Positions 25,764 through 36,338 of a stretch of 37,496 bases of DNA are shown one piece after another. The notes beneath the pieces are model-generated. The model was not told the DNA's origin, ran no database searches, and was given only the letters and a program-made list of their open reading frames with translations. The DNA is from Cytophagales bacterium (GTDB lineage Bacteria > Bacteroidota > Bacteroidia > Cytophagales > Cytophagaceae): assembly GCA_031416415.1 (NCBI GenBank), contig JANOTP010000283.1, positions 1 through 37,496 of the forward strand, read 5' to 3'. A program made the position numbers and the translations under genes. How positions within the stretch are numbered: position 1 is the first letter of the stretch; every line of letters starts with the position of its first letter.

Positions 25764-26681
25764 TTAGTTAGTTTCATTATGTACAACTTTATAAGCAACT
25801 ACTCTATTTTTGAAAAAAGTAGGTACAAGTAACGTGCTAGTTGCTGGAATAAACTCGATGTCAGCAGAATTTATTTTGTCCGCTTTTGTATCCAATACTA
25901 TATTTTTTGTACCGTCTGGCTCAACTAGAAATACAGTTCCATTCCAATCAGAAACTATATAATGACCAATTTTCCCAAAGTAAGCGATACCATCTCCAGC
26001 AGCTACTTCTGTTGCTATTCCCGTAATGGATTTAGTAGTTAGATCAATCGATTTAAAATCATTACTTCCATAAGAAGCCAATAATATTCTATTTTTTTCA
26101 ACCAACAAACCGTTTGGATTTTTTAACTCTTTATCTAGCCATGTGCTAATTTTCCCGTTAATTAACGTATGAATTTTATTACTTTCAGAATCAGAAAAAT
26201 AAACAGTCCCTAGAGAATCTATTGTAATATCATTTAAAAATTTTGCTCCTTTTACTTCGTAGGTTTTTATAATTTTACCTTTTTCAATATCTATTTCGAC
26301 AAGCTTTGTAATGTCCGTGACATATAGTTTGTTTCCAAAAATACCCAGACCTTTAGGGGCATCAAGTCCTTTTACCCATTCAAGCGTTTCGATCTTTCCA
26401 TCAACGGTTAGTTTAGAAATAAAGCCATTTTTATCTTTATCCGTAGGCACCCCATTTATATTAGAAACATAAATAATATTTCTTGTTTGGTCAAACAAAA
26501 CAGATTCTGGGGTTCTCAATAAAGTGTCCGTTGTCCAAGTTTGAGTTACACTAACAGCAGGTAGTACGATACTGTCTTTCACGACAACAACTGAGTCATT
26601 TTTAGAATTGTCTTTGTTATCAGTACCACAGGAAGCCATAAGGATTATGGCGCAAATAAACAGTGAATAAATTTTGAACAT
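25764..26681 (-). CDS. lipoprotein, beta-propeller-like (SMP-30/gluconolactonase/LRE- or NHL-like repeats)
   Basis: Lipobox MASCG; repeated ..G.IYV.D.. blades. Confidence 0.5.
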   Translation of the reverse strand: MFKIYSLFICAIILMASCGTDNKDNSKNDSVVVVKDSIVLPAVSVTQTWTTDTLLRTPESVLFDQTRNIIYVSNINGVPTDKDKNGFISKLTVDGKIETLEWVKGLDAPKGLGIFGNKLYVTDITKLVEIDIEKGKIIKTYEVKGAKFLNDITIDSLGTVYFSDSESNKIHTLINGKISTWLDKELKNPNGLLVEKNRILLASYGSNDFKSIDLTTKSITGIATEVAAGDGIAYFGKIGHYIVSDWNGTVFLVEPDGTKNIVLDTKADKINSADIEFIPATSTLLVPTFFKNRVVAYKVVHNETN

Positions 26682-26858
26682 AGTTATACGTTTTTAAAAG
26701 TGGTAATTATAAAAGGAGTTAATAATGATTATTTTAATACTCTAAACTAGTAAAAATAAGTTACAGTTAAAAAATTTATTGTTTAAGCAAGGTTATAATT
26801 TTGTTAAAAAATAAAATTTGCTTTTAGACGAGCCTCCTTCCGTAAGCTCGTCTAACAA

Positions 26859-27935
26859 TTATTTAATGATTCTAGCAGATAGTGTATTGTTTCCAGCTAT
26901 TACTACTAAGGTATAAACACCAGTTTGTAAGTTATCAAGTCCCCCAAGATTTAATTCGTTATAACCGTCATTGCTAATCGTAGAGTGTTGGTATACGGTA
27001 TTGCCTCTCATGTCTATAATGCTTATTTCTAAAGTTACTTCTATTGAAGTGTTAAAGCTTATAAGGACTGATGTCTCAAAAGGGTTAGCGCTCATAATTG
27101 TTAGGCCTTCTTTTACAATGTTACTTAAAGAAATAACTTGAGAATATGCAACAGTGCCATTTAGGTCTAGTTGTTTCAAACGATAGTAAAGAGTGCCTTT
27201 TACTGTTACATCTGTAAAGCTATATTCAGTAGTATTTTCTGTAGTGCCTTGACCATTTACATTGCCTATTGCTGTGAATATTTTTCCATCAACGCTTTTC
27301 TCTATAATGAATCCTGAATTATTTTCTTCTGATGCAGTAACCCAGTTTAATACATTTCCAATAACTTCGTTTTTTCCAGTAAAAGAAAGTAGTTCAACAG
27401 GTAGAGGTGTGTAGTTATAATAAGCACCATAAACTCTAAGCGCTTTTTCTTCTTCTTTGTTATCTCTAGTATTCATTTCAATACCTATTCCGTTAAAAAC
27501 ATTTTTTGAGAAGAATGAGATTAAATATTTTCCGCTAGTACCTATTTGTGAAATTGTAGTGTTATCACCCGTAATACTATCTTTATTAGAAATATTATTT
27601 AAAAGAGTATAAAATTCTATATTCTGAATATCTGTTTTAGTAAGAACACTCATATCTGTGCTGCTGATAATAAAATTAATTTCTGTACTAGCGCTCTGTG
27701 TAGTTGTAAAAAAAAGATTTTGATAACTATAAGAAGCATTTTTAGCAGAACCAGCTACTTTAATAGTAGAATAATCTGTCATGTCAGCACCTACTGCTTT
27801 AGAAGAGTTACTTACACTACAACTTTTGCAAGAAGCACTAGTACCATTTAGTTCGCTTGATGGATAAGCTGTTTGTCCAAAAGCAGTTTGGATGGTTGTA
27901 AGAGCGATGATAAAGATGTGTGTTAAGTTTTTCAT
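26859..27935 (-). CDS. secreted protein with T9SS C-terminal sorting domain (type A CTD); start taken at MKNLTHIF (track ORF extends to 27983)
   Basis: Signal peptide; C-terminal ~80 aa ..GVYTLVVIAGNNTLSARIIK typical of por_Secre_tail. Confidence 0.7.
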   Translation of the reverse strand: MKNLTHIFIIALTTIQTAFGQTAYPSSELNGTSASCKSCSVSNSSKAVGADMTDYSTIKVAGSAKNASYSYQNLFFTTTQSASTEINFIISSTDMSVLTKTDIQNIEFYTLLNNISNKDSITGDNTTISQIGTSGKYLISFFSKNVFNGIGIEMNTRDNKEEEKALRVYGAYYNYTPLPVELLSFTGKNEVIGNVLNWVTASEENNSGFIIEKSVDGKIFTAIGNVNGQGTTENTTEYSFTDVTVKGTLYYRLKQLDLNGTVAYSQVISLSNIVKEGLTIMSANPFETSVLISFNTSIEVTLEISIIDMRGNTVYQHSTISNDGYNELNLGGLDNLQTGVYTLVVIAGNNTLSARIIK

Positions 27936-28402
27936 AATATCTTTGTTTATATAAGATTTAACGAGTAGCAGACAGAAACCCAATTTAATTTAGCCGGTTA
28001 ACCTTACCTTGTCGTTAAGTGAAGCTATCTGCTCGATGAATGGGAAAGTAGTGCTATCGTACAAAAGCAAATCTATACGTAGATTTTCCTTTATTAAAAT
28101 TTCTATAATCTATAAACAGTTGATTATTTGATATTTATAAGGCATTGGTTTTTATTCAAAACAGTAACAATAGACTAGTACTTTCACCATAGCAAATGGA
28201 CCATACAGATTAAATCGGTTGTGATAAATTTCCACAACCTCTCTTGGTATAAAAAATTCATTCTTAACTATTTTTATAATACCATATAAAAGGTTTACTT
28301 ACAACAGAGAATAAAATTTTATCTTTAAATTGTTGTAGCAACAATTAATTTTTAACAAACCAAATAAAACAATCAATTCAAATTCGTCTCAAAAAAATCT
28401 AT

Positions 28403-28789
28403 ATGAAAAAAGAAAAAATATTTTACTGGACCGCAACAATCTTTATATTCTTATTTGAAGGAGTAATGCCTGCTCTTACTTCACATACCGAAATGGCAAA
28501 AGAAGGAGTTAGGCATCTTGGATATCCCGATTATTTTAGTACAATGTTAATGGTATTTAAAGTAGTAGGTACATTAGCACTGCTTATCCCTCAAGTGCCA
28601 AAGAGAGTTAAGGAGTGGGCTTATGCTGGCTTTGCTATAGATTTCATTGCTGCCGCAGTAAGCCACTGTGTAGTGGATGGTTTTACAATTTTAAGTTTTT
28701 TCCCTCTTGTTATCTTTGCTATTCTGATTGTATCTTATATTTACTATCACAAATTACAAGCGGCGAATGGACTAAAAAGTGTCTCTTAA
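28403..28789 (+). CDS. DoxX-like small membrane protein
   Basis: 128 aa, 4 predicted TM helices, DoxX-like pattern. Confidence 0.5.
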   Translation: MKKEKIFYWTATIFIFLFEGVMPALTSHTEMAKEGVRHLGYPDYFSTMLMVFKVVGTLALLIPQVPKRVKEWAYAGFAIDFIAAAVSHCVVDGFTILSFFPLVIFAILIVSYIYYHKLQAANGLKSVS

Positions 28790-28869
28790 TAAAATACCTG
28801 TAGTATGCTTTATAGATGGCTTTTCAAAAAAGTCATCTATAAAGTATTTTTATAAATTTTTACAGTTGA

Positions 28870-29259
28870 TTAGTTATTATAAGACTCAACCTGAACTTGT
28901 TCAATTTTGTGTTTAATAAGTTCTTCAAATAATATAATAGATTCTTGCATGTCTTCGTCACCTTTTTCAAAATACCAAACAATAGAAAGTTGGCTATTTG
29001 ATTTATTTAGGAGCACAAGTGACTCTAAAAGGTCAAGAAGATATTTGGCACTGGCAGTATTAAAATATTTTAACTTAACAGACAAGGTGGTTTTTGTCGA
29101 TGGACTTAGCAAGTAGCCTTCTATCCAGCTTTTAAGAATCTGATAAATAGGTTTAGGATCTTCTTCGCATGAAACGCCAAATATATGCAGAATTCCTTCT
29201 GGTGAAAATTTTACACCTACTGATTTAGAGGTGCTTGGAATTATTTCTAAAAGGTCCAT
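28870..29259 (-). CDS. DUF1987 (SiaC-like) protein
   Basis: 129 aa; ..LKYFNTASAKYLLDLLESL.. and C-terminal ..WYFEKGDEDMQE.. match the DUF1987/SiaC signature. Confidence 0.55.
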   Translation of the reverse strand: MDLLEIIPSTSKSVGVKFSPEGILHIFGVSCEEDPKPIYQILKSWIEGYLLSPSTKTTLSVKLKYFNTASAKYLLDLLESLVLLNKSNSQLSIVWYFEKGDEDMQESIILFEELIKHKIEQVQVESYNN

Positions 29260-29516
29260 TCTATAAATTAGTTATTCCTAAATGTAAATAAATAACAACG
29301 AAATACAATTCATTTTTTTTGAAAAGCAACGTGTCTTATTGTTAAAGACATTTGTTTTTGGTTTAGATCAAGTACTTACAACAGTAGTTTTTTCACTAAA
29401 CAAATATGGTTTTTTATCTTTATCTTTATCAAAACTACCTTACAAAACAGTCAAGATTGATACTACTTTCAATGGCTTTACAAAAAACGGTTTTTGTTTC
29501 TTAACTTACTGAGTAG

Positions 29517-30347
29517 ATGTATTCAATAATAGACATAGAAACAACTGGTGGCCGGCTTGAAACGGATCGCATCACAGAGATTGCAATTGTAGTGCACGAT
29601 GGTAAGAAAGTGGTTAATTCATATAGTACGCTTATTAATCCTGAATGTTCTATTCCCTATTCCATTACAAGACTTACGGGCATTAGTAATGAGATGGTTC
29701 GTAATGCGCCAAAATTTTTTGAAGTAGCTAAAAATATTCTTGAATTAATAAAGGGAACAACCTTTGTTGCGCATAATGTACGTTTTGATTATAGTTTTGT
29801 GAAAGAAGCATATAAAACCTTAGGGTATGACTTTAATTCAGAAATGCTTTGTACTGTGCGTTTAAGTAGATATACCTTTCCTGGGTTGGCCTCTTATAGC
29901 TTAGGTAAATTATGTGCAAGTTTAGGAATTCGTGCTGAGAATAGTCACAGAGCAATGGGAGATGCACAAGCAACAGTACTACTTTTTGATAGAATTCTTT
30001 CTCAAAATCCTTTATTACTTGAAAAAAAGCTACTAGAGAAAAAGGTAAATTTAATAGCGATTCCTCCTTTATTAGAAAAATCAGTTTATGAAACTATTCC
30101 CGAAGGAAAAATTGGTGTATATTATTTTCATGATTGTTCAGGAGAAGTTATTTATATAGGGAAGAGTAAGGATATAAAAAAACGTATTATGCAGCATTTT
30201 GCGCTCAATGGAAAAAAGTCTACTCTGTCTACTATTCCTAAAGCTGAAATTGCTGATATAAGTATTTTAGAAACAGAAAGTGAACTCATCGCCGTCATGG
30301 TAGAATCCGATGAAATTAAAAAATTGCGCCCAAAATATAATAGTTAG
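29517..30347 (+). CDS. DnaQ-like 3'-5' exonuclease domain fused to a C-terminal GIY-YIG nuclease domain
   Basis: Exo I motif IIDIETTG, ..HNVRFDYSF.., ..HRAMGDAQAT..; C-terminal GVYYFHDCSGEVIYIGKSKDIKKRIMQH = GIY-YIG. Confidence 0.75.
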   Translation: MYSIIDIETTGGRLETDRITEIAIVVHDGKKVVNSYSTLINPECSIPYSITRLTGISNEMVRNAPKFFEVAKNILELIKGTTFVAHNVRFDYSFVKEAYKTLGYDFNSEMLCTVRLSRYTFPGLASYSLGKLCASLGIRAENSHRAMGDAQATVLLFDRILSQNPLLLEKKLLEKKVNLIAIPPLLEKSVYETIPEGKIGVYYFHDCSGEVIYIGKSKDIKKRIMQHFALNGKKSTLSTIPKAEIADISILETESELIAVMVESDEIKKLRPKYNS

Positions 30348-30358
30348 TCTGAAGAAAT

Positions 30359-31180
30359 TTATTTTACAAAGCCTTTATTGATGGCATAGGTAACAAGTTC
30401 TGCTGTATTTTTTTTGTCTGATTTCCCCAACATATTCTGACGATGTGTATTCACCGTATTTTCACTTATAAATAAAAGTTGTGCTATTTCACTACTAGAC
30501 TTTCCCTTACAAAGTAGTTGAAGTATTTCAAGCTCTCTTTTTGTAAAAGAAAAATTTTGTTCTAAAGAACTAAAGCTAGCAGCGTATTCATGCTGATAAA
30601 TATTGTTCTCGTCTTTTTTTGCTACTATAAAATCTACGTCTGTATCTTTTTTTACATGTGTGACATCTGACATAAAAAGTAGAGTAAGCAACGGAAAACC
30701 TTCTTCATCTATTTCGATAACATTTAGCTGTTGCATGAACCAAACAATAGACTTGTCTTTTTTTACAAATTGAAAAGTAGCCGTAAACCTGAATTTCTTA
30801 ATTTCTTTATTAGTCGAATGTTTTTTGAAATGTTCAAATAGAACTGGGAAGATTTGATTGTTATATATTTCAGCATGTTTGGGAAGAAAAGTAGACAATA
30901 CATTTGCCATGCCATTAGGCCCTTCAACAAGAGTTGAACTATAGCCGGTAATAGCTTCAAAATTGTCACTTAAAAATTCATAACCCATGTTTACATTATT
31001 GAATACTCCAACTATAGCGGGAGAATGTTTTAGCAATTCATTGAATTGTGGATTTTCAAATAATTCAAATTTTTTAGATTCAGAACGATGTTTTTCAAAA
31101 TAACTTTCAGGGATAAATTTTTCAACTGTTTCAAGAAAGTGATTGTAGAAATTTTCTGGATCTTTATTGATTTTTGTCAT
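30359..31180 (-). CDS. LuxR-family transcriptional regulator with N-terminal sensory (PAS-like) region
   Basis: C-terminal HTH ..TKRELEILQLLCKGKSSSEIAQLLFISENTVNTHRQNM.. Confidence 0.7.
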   Translation of the reverse strand: MTKINKDPENFYNHFLETVEKFIPESYFEKHRSESKKFELFENPQFNELLKHSPAIVGVFNNVNMGYEFLSDNFEAITGYSSTLVEGPNGMANVLSTFLPKHAEIYNNQIFPVLFEHFKKHSTNKEIKKFRFTATFQFVKKDKSIVWFMQQLNVIEIDEEGFPLLTLLFMSDVTHVKKDTDVDFIVAKKDENNIYQHEYAASFSSLEQNFSFTKRELEILQLLCKGKSSSEIAQLLFISENTVNTHRQNMLGKSDKKNTAELVTYAINKGFVK

Positions 31181-31515
31181 TTCTGAGAGAAAATAAGTTA
31201 TTGGAGGTAACTAAAACCGATCTAAATATACTGAAATATCACTATGTTTTCCCGAGCATTTAAATGTTAATATTGTACTATAATCTCTCAATCAGCATAT
31301 TTTTATTATTATTAATTATAAACCGCTGAAATTCTTTGTCTTTTGAAGACGCGACTGACTATCCCCCTATCACACAAAAAATAACCTGATTTCTGTTTTG
31401 ACACACTTTTTTAATTTAGTTACTTCTGGTGATTTGTAATTTTTCAATAATACATAGAATTAATTAAGCTATTTTATTACTTTAGTAACTTATATATTAA
31501 ACCATTATCAAACAC

Positions 31516-32490
31516 ATGAAAAAAATATTTTATCTCTTGGCTTCCATAGTGATGTCTGGATTTCTGATCTCTTGTGGAGGTGGGGCTGATAAAGCTACAC
31601 TACTTTCAGATTCTACAAGTGTAGATACTACAACTAAAGTTCTTAAAGACAACGGGAATGGATTATTTGCCTTAGTAATTAACGATCTATATTTTGAAAT
31701 CGACGCTACAAATGCTGGTCGTATTAGTGCGTTTTCTTTAGGTGGCAAAAATATATTAAGTGGCAAAAATATTAATGCCACCAATTGGGGAACATCACTT
31801 TGGCCAAGCCCACAGAGTGCTTGGGGATGGCCACCTTCAAAAGAATTAGATGTAAAACCTTACAAAATAAGCAATCGTTCTGACAATTTGATAGAAGTGG
31901 AATCTGAAAAAGATTCTCTTTTAGGTTTCGTTTTCAAAAAACAGTATAGCGCAATCTTGATCGATTCTTCTGTCGTGGTTACCTATACAATCATAAATAA
32001 ATCAGATAAAAAACAGTCCGTAGCTCCGTGGGAAATAAGCCGTGTAGCTTCTGGTGGGCTTACGCTATACCCTACAGGTAAGGGAGCAAAACAAAATCTA
32101 CTTTCAAAACTTATGGTTGACGAAGACGGTATAACTTGGTTTGATTATGATTCCTCAAAAATGAATTTCAAACCTAGCGATGTACCTAAACTAATACATG
32201 ACGGTGCAGAAGGCTGGATGGCTCAAGTAAGTGGAGACATCGTGTTAATAAAATCATTTGCAGATGTAACACCAGAAAAAACTGCTCCCGGTGAAGGGGA
32301 AATTGAATTTTATGCAAATCCAGACAAATCTTATATTGAAATAGAACAACAGGGAGAATATACTGCACTTGAGCCAGGTAAGGAATTGCAGTGGCAAGTT
32401 AAATGGTATTTAAGAAAACTTCCTGCAGGTATAAAAGCTGAAATTGGAAACAAAGAGTTAGCAGCCTTTATTCGAGCAACTATAAAATAA
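31516..32490 (+). CDS. hypothetical lipoprotein (324 aa)
   Basis: Lipobox LISCGGG. Confidence 0.55.
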   Translation: MKKIFYLLASIVMSGFLISCGGGADKATLLSDSTSVDTTTKVLKDNGNGLFALVINDLYFEIDATNAGRISAFSLGGKNILSGKNINATNWGTSLWPSPQSAWGWPPSKELDVKPYKISNRSDNLIEVESEKDSLLGFVFKKQYSAILIDSSVVVTYTIINKSDKKQSVAPWEISRVASGGLTLYPTGKGAKQNLLSKLMVDEDGITWFDYDSSKMNFKPSDVPKLIHDGAEGWMAQVSGDIVLIKSFADVTPEKTAPGEGEIEFYANPDKSYIEIEQQGEYTALEPGKELQWQVKWYLRKLPAGIKAEIGNKELAAFIRATIK

Positions 32491-32506
32491 AAATTAAAAA
32501 AAATCT

Positions 32507-32545
32507 AAGCCCACAAGATGAATTTTCTTGTGGGCTTTTTTGTTT
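32507..32545 (+). terminator. rho-independent terminator AAGCCCACAAG-N10-CTTGTGGGCTT + T6
   Basis: Seen in sequence. Confidence 0.7.
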
Positions 32546-32582
32546 TAGGCCTTATTCATTTATATTTAACAAAACGTTTTCT

Positions 32583-33242
32583 ATGGCAAGAGAAAAAATA
32601 ATTCCTTTTCTAAAAAAACTAAAATACAATAACAATAAAGAATGGTTTGATAAAAATCGTTCAGAATATCAATTGTTACGGGAAGAATTGATTGATTTGA
32701 TTGCTGAGATTGTAAAAAAATACGGTAAGATTGATTCTGCAATAGAATCTACAGATGCTCGAAAAGCAATTTTTCGAATAAACCGTGATATTCGTTTCTC
32801 TAAAGATAAAGCACCTTATAAAAATAATATGGGAGGCTATATGGCCGATGGTGGAAAAAAGTCTTCCAAAGCGGGTTATTATTTACATCTTGAACCTGGC
32901 AATTGCTTTTTAGCAGGAGGAGTATGGATGCCCGAGGCAGAGCAGTTAAAAAAAATCCGTCAAGAAGTAGACTATAACGGAAAAGAATTAGTAAAAATAA
33001 TAAAAGCAAAAGAATTTCAAACACTCTTTGGTGGGCTTAGCGAAGAAGATAAACTCACAAGAGTGCCAAAAGATTTTGATCCTGAAAGTGAATTTGCGGA
33101 ATTTTTAAAATTAAAAAGTTTTGTAGTTGTACACGGATTTGAAGACAAACTAATCACTGATCCAAAATTTGTAGACTATTGTACAAAAGTTTTTAAAGGC
33201 ATGTTTTCATTTAACAAATTTTTAAACGTAGCGATTGACTAA
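32583..33242 (+). CDS. DUF2461 (TIGR02453) family protein
   Basis: ..NNNKEWFDKNRSEY.. and ..RINRDIRFSKDKAPYK.. signature. Confidence 0.65.
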   Translation: MAREKIIPFLKKLKYNNNKEWFDKNRSEYQLLREELIDLIAEIVKKYGKIDSAIESTDARKAIFRINRDIRFSKDKAPYKNNMGGYMADGGKKSSKAGYYLHLEPGNCFLAGGVWMPEAEQLKKIRQEVDYNGKELVKIIKAKEFQTLFGGLSEEDKLTRVPKDFDPESEFAEFLKLKSFVVVHGFEDKLITDPKFVDYCTKVFKGMFSFNKFLNVAID

Positions 33243-34063
33243 TGAAGATTACTAAAATAAGTGTTTTGGGATGCGGCTGGCTTGGCTTGCCATTGGCAGA
33301 GGATTTAATTAAAAAAGGTTATAAAGTAAAAGGAAGCACTACTACCGAATCTAAATTAGACAAGTTTCTACAAAAGGGGATTTATCCCTATTTCTTAAAC
33401 CTTACCCCTATTGTACAAGCCCGAGACATTAAGGGTTTTATGGATTCAGAACTTATTATCATAAACATTCCACCTGGTACTCGTACCCGTTCCGCTCTCT
33501 TTCATATTGAACAAATGCAAAACCTTTTGCCTCACTTGGAAAAAAGTTCTGCCAAAAACATTATTTATATTAGCTCTACTTCAGTATATCCTGATTTGAA
33601 TAGAGAAGTAAAAGAAGAAGACGTCACGGAGGTTTCTCAGGCAGAAAATAAAACCTTGGCCACTGCCGAAAAAATGATAAGAGAAATACCTGGCAAACAA
33701 ACTACCATCCTTCGCTGTGGTGGATTAACGGGTTATGACAGATTGTTAATTAGACATTTTGCTGGACGAAAAAACCTTACTATTGGAGAGGAACCGTTAA
33801 ACCTAATTCACCGTGACGATGTAATAGGAATTATTGAAGCCATAATAGAACAAGGAAAATGGGGAGAAACCTATAATATTTGTTCTCCTCTTCACCCTTT
33901 AAAAAAAGATTTTTACAAAGAACTTGCCGATCGATTTGGATACGATCAACCTGAGTTTATAGCACCTGAAAAACAGTTATTTAAGATAGTTTCGACCTCA
34001 AAATTGTCATCCGAACTTAACTATACTTTTAAGTACCCTGATCCTATGAAATACAGCTATTAA
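33242..34063 (+). CDS. NAD(P)-binding Rossmann-fold protein (SDR/NAD-dependent epimerase family)
   Basis: N-terminal ISVLGCGWLGLPLA glycine-rich motif; start overlaps the upstream stop. Confidence 0.6.
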   Translation: MKITKISVLGCGWLGLPLAEDLIKKGYKVKGSTTTESKLDKFLQKGIYPYFLNLTPIVQARDIKGFMDSELIIINIPPGTRTRSALFHIEQMQNLLPHLEKSSAKNIIYISSTSVYPDLNREVKEEDVTEVSQAENKTLATAEKMIREIPGKQTTILRCGGLTGYDRLLIRHFAGRKNLTIGEEPLNLIHRDDVIGIIEAIIEQGKWGETYNICSPLHPLKKDFYKELADRFGYDQPEFIAPEKQLFKIVSTSKLSSELNYTFKYPDPMKYSY

Positions 34064-34088
34064 TACTAGATTTTGGATTATTTTTTTG

Positions 34089-34096
34089 TAAATTTG
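34089..34096 (+). promoter_or_regulatory. -7 motif TAAATTTG upstream of aspartate kinase
   Basis: TAnnTTTG match 33 nt upstream of the ATG. Confidence 0.3.
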
Positions 34097-34128
34097 CAGC
34101 CCTAATTAAAAATTAAAAATATCAACTA

Positions 34129-35460
34129 ATGAAGGTATTAAAATTTGGTGGAACCTCGGTTGGAAAACCTGAGAGAATGCACTCCATAGCAAAGCTCATC
34201 TCTGACAAAGATCAAAAAATAGTAGTTCTTTCAGCTGTGTCTGGAACTACCAACGCCTTAGTAGATATTTCTGCTAAGTTTACCAAAGGTGATAAGCCAG
34301 CTGGGCTTCAAGCTATTGAAAGTCTATTTAAACCCATGTATTATGATTTTGTAGACGCACTATACACAACCGAATCTGGAAAAACTAAAGGCAAAGCAGT
34401 AATTGACTTTCATTACAATAATTTGAAAGGATATGCCGAAAAAGCTTTTGGCGAAAAAGAAACGAAAGAAGTATTGGCGGAAGGAGAATTGATTTCTACG
34501 AAAATGTTTCAGGAATACTTACAAGAACAAGGCTACAAGTCTCTTCTACTTCCGGCATTAGATTTTATGAAAACCGATGAAGATAGTGAACCAATACTTG
34601 GATACATAGAAGAAAATTTAACTGCTATTCTTGCAAAAAACGCTGATGTTCATTTATATGTAACACAAGGATATATTTGTAGGAATGCTGAAGGAGATAT
34701 CGACAATTTAAAACGTGGAGGATCTGACTATACAGGAACGCTAATCGGTGCGGCTATTCGTTCAGAAGAAATCCAAATCTGGACCGATATTGATGGCATG
34801 CACAACAATGATCCAAGAATTGTAAAAAACACTTTTCCGATTCCAGAAATATCATTTGATGAAGCAGCAGAACTAGCTTATTTCGGCGCAAAAATTTTAC
34901 ACCCAACCTGTATTCGTCCTGCACACGAAAGAAATGTTCCGGTTCGATTATTAAATACAATGCAACCAGAACAAAAGGGTACTGTAATTAATAGTAAACC
35001 TTCCGACAGAGAATTCACAGCTATTGCAGCCAAAGACGACATTATTGCTATCAAAATAAGATCAGGTAGAATGTTGAACGCATACGGATTTTTAAGAAAA
35101 GTATTTGAAGTTTTTGAAAAATACAAAACACCCGTTGATATGATCACCACCTCAGAAGTGGCTTTGTCTCTTACCATAGACGACGATAAAAATTTAGATA
35201 AAATACTTGCGGAATTAAAAGATTTCTCAATTGTAGAAGTAGATAAAAATCAAACAATCGTTTGTATTGTTGGCTGTTTTGGACAAGAAAAAACAGGTAT
35301 ATCTAGTAAAATATTTGAATCTCTTTCTTCTGTTCCTTTAAGAATGATTTCTTATGGCGGTAGCAATTCCAATATTTCCGTTTTAATAAATGGCGAGCAC
35401 AAAGTGGAAGCCTTGAAAGCGCTGAATGAAGGCTTATTCCAACAAGTGTTGATTAAATAA
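34129..35460 (+). CDS. aspartate kinase (monofunctional, ACT domains at the C-terminus)
   Basis: MKVLKFGGTSVG..; 443 aa. Confidence 0.85.
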   Translation: MKVLKFGGTSVGKPERMHSIAKLISDKDQKIVVLSAVSGTTNALVDISAKFTKGDKPAGLQAIESLFKPMYYDFVDALYTTESGKTKGKAVIDFHYNNLKGYAEKAFGEKETKEVLAEGELISTKMFQEYLQEQGYKSLLLPALDFMKTDEDSEPILGYIEENLTAILAKNADVHLYVTQGYICRNAEGDIDNLKRGGSDYTGTLIGAAIRSEEIQIWTDIDGMHNNDPRIVKNTFPIPEISFDEAAELAYFGAKILHPTCIRPAHERNVPVRLLNTMQPEQKGTVINSKPSDREFTAIAAKDDIIAIKIRSGRMLNAYGFLRKVFEVFEKYKTPVDMITTSEVALSLTIDDDKNLDKILAELKDFSIVEVDKNQTIVCIVGCFGQEKTGISSKIFESLSSVPLRMISYGGSNSNISVLINGEHKVEALKALNEGLFQQVLIK

Positions 35461-35508
35461 AATTTAAAAAAACCATAGCGTACATAAAAACGTTTTTTGG
35501 CTACACAA

Positions 35509-35557
35509 GTAATGCTATTCAACTAAAAACAACTTAGTTGAATAGCATTACTTTTTT
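35509..35557 (+). terminator. rho-independent terminator GTAATGCTATTCAACTAA-N6-TTAGTTGAATAGCATTAC + T6
   Basis: Perfect 18-bp stem + T-run. Confidence 0.75.
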
Positions 35558-35610
35558 ATTAAATAACTACTAGGTAGCCTCTAGAGTCCAAACTAATCTG
35601 AGCCCCACCT

Positions 35611-36147
35611 TTATACTTTTAATTTTCCTTCGATTGAATCGTCTAAGGTTTTACCAAGAGCAGCACCAATAAGCATTTTTATACCCGCTACAGCGTTGCC
35701 ATGCTTTGTATCCCAATAATATCCCTTTGACGGCTTGATCTTTATTACCGTAATACGAGGATCGTCTTGTCCCTCTGTAAACCATGTTTTTAAAATAGGT
35801 TGCCAAAGTTCATTTATTTTTTCTTGGTTTTTAGAAATAACAGCTTTGCCTGAAAGATAAAGAAAGTCAGAATGAGGAGAGCCTTGAAAGTACAACTCCA
35901 CCTTTGGGTCTACGCTAATTTCTTTATTCTTATAACTATCTTCTGCGCTCAAAAACCATAGATTACCTTCTTCATCTACTTTTTGAACACTCATAGGACG
36001 TACTCCATTAGAAGGTCCTTTCTCCACATTGGTATTAAAAAAACACGAAGGACTTTTATCAATAATCTCTTTGATTTTTTTCACCGCTTCTTCATGAATT
36101 AAATTTTCCTGATTTTCTTCCGATTGGTTTTTATTTATGCTATCCAT
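35611..36147 (-). CDS. general stress protein 26 / pyridoxamine 5'-phosphate oxidase-like FMN-binding split-barrel protein
   Basis: 178 aa; ..GVRPMSVQKVDEEGNLWFLS.. pattern. Confidence 0.65.
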   Translation of the reverse strand: MDSINKNQSEENQENLIHEEAVKKIKEIIDKSPSCFFNTNVEKGPSNGVRPMSVQKVDEEGNLWFLSAEDSYKNKEISVDPKVELYFQGSPHSDFLYLSGKAVISKNQEKINELWQPILKTWFTEGQDDPRITVIKIKPSKGYYWDTKHGNAVAGIKMLIGAALGKTLDDSIEGKLKV

Positions 36148-36338
36148 AAAACTACTTTTATTATTTTTATAAAGTTGTCAAAATTAACCTCGTTAAACGT
36201 TATACTCTTCATCCTCTTTTTTATATTATTCTCACCTATTTACCTCAAAATTATGTTAACACTACGTTAACTTTTGTTATGTTATATAATTTCTTTAGAT
36301 TAGTAAACAGCGTAAGAATCATAGAAGAAAGTCGTATC

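Noticed and set aside
29414-29430. (TTATCT)/(TCTTTA) ~3-unit microsatellite
   Set aside because: Too short to be meaningful. Noted only as a possible slippage site in an intergenic region.
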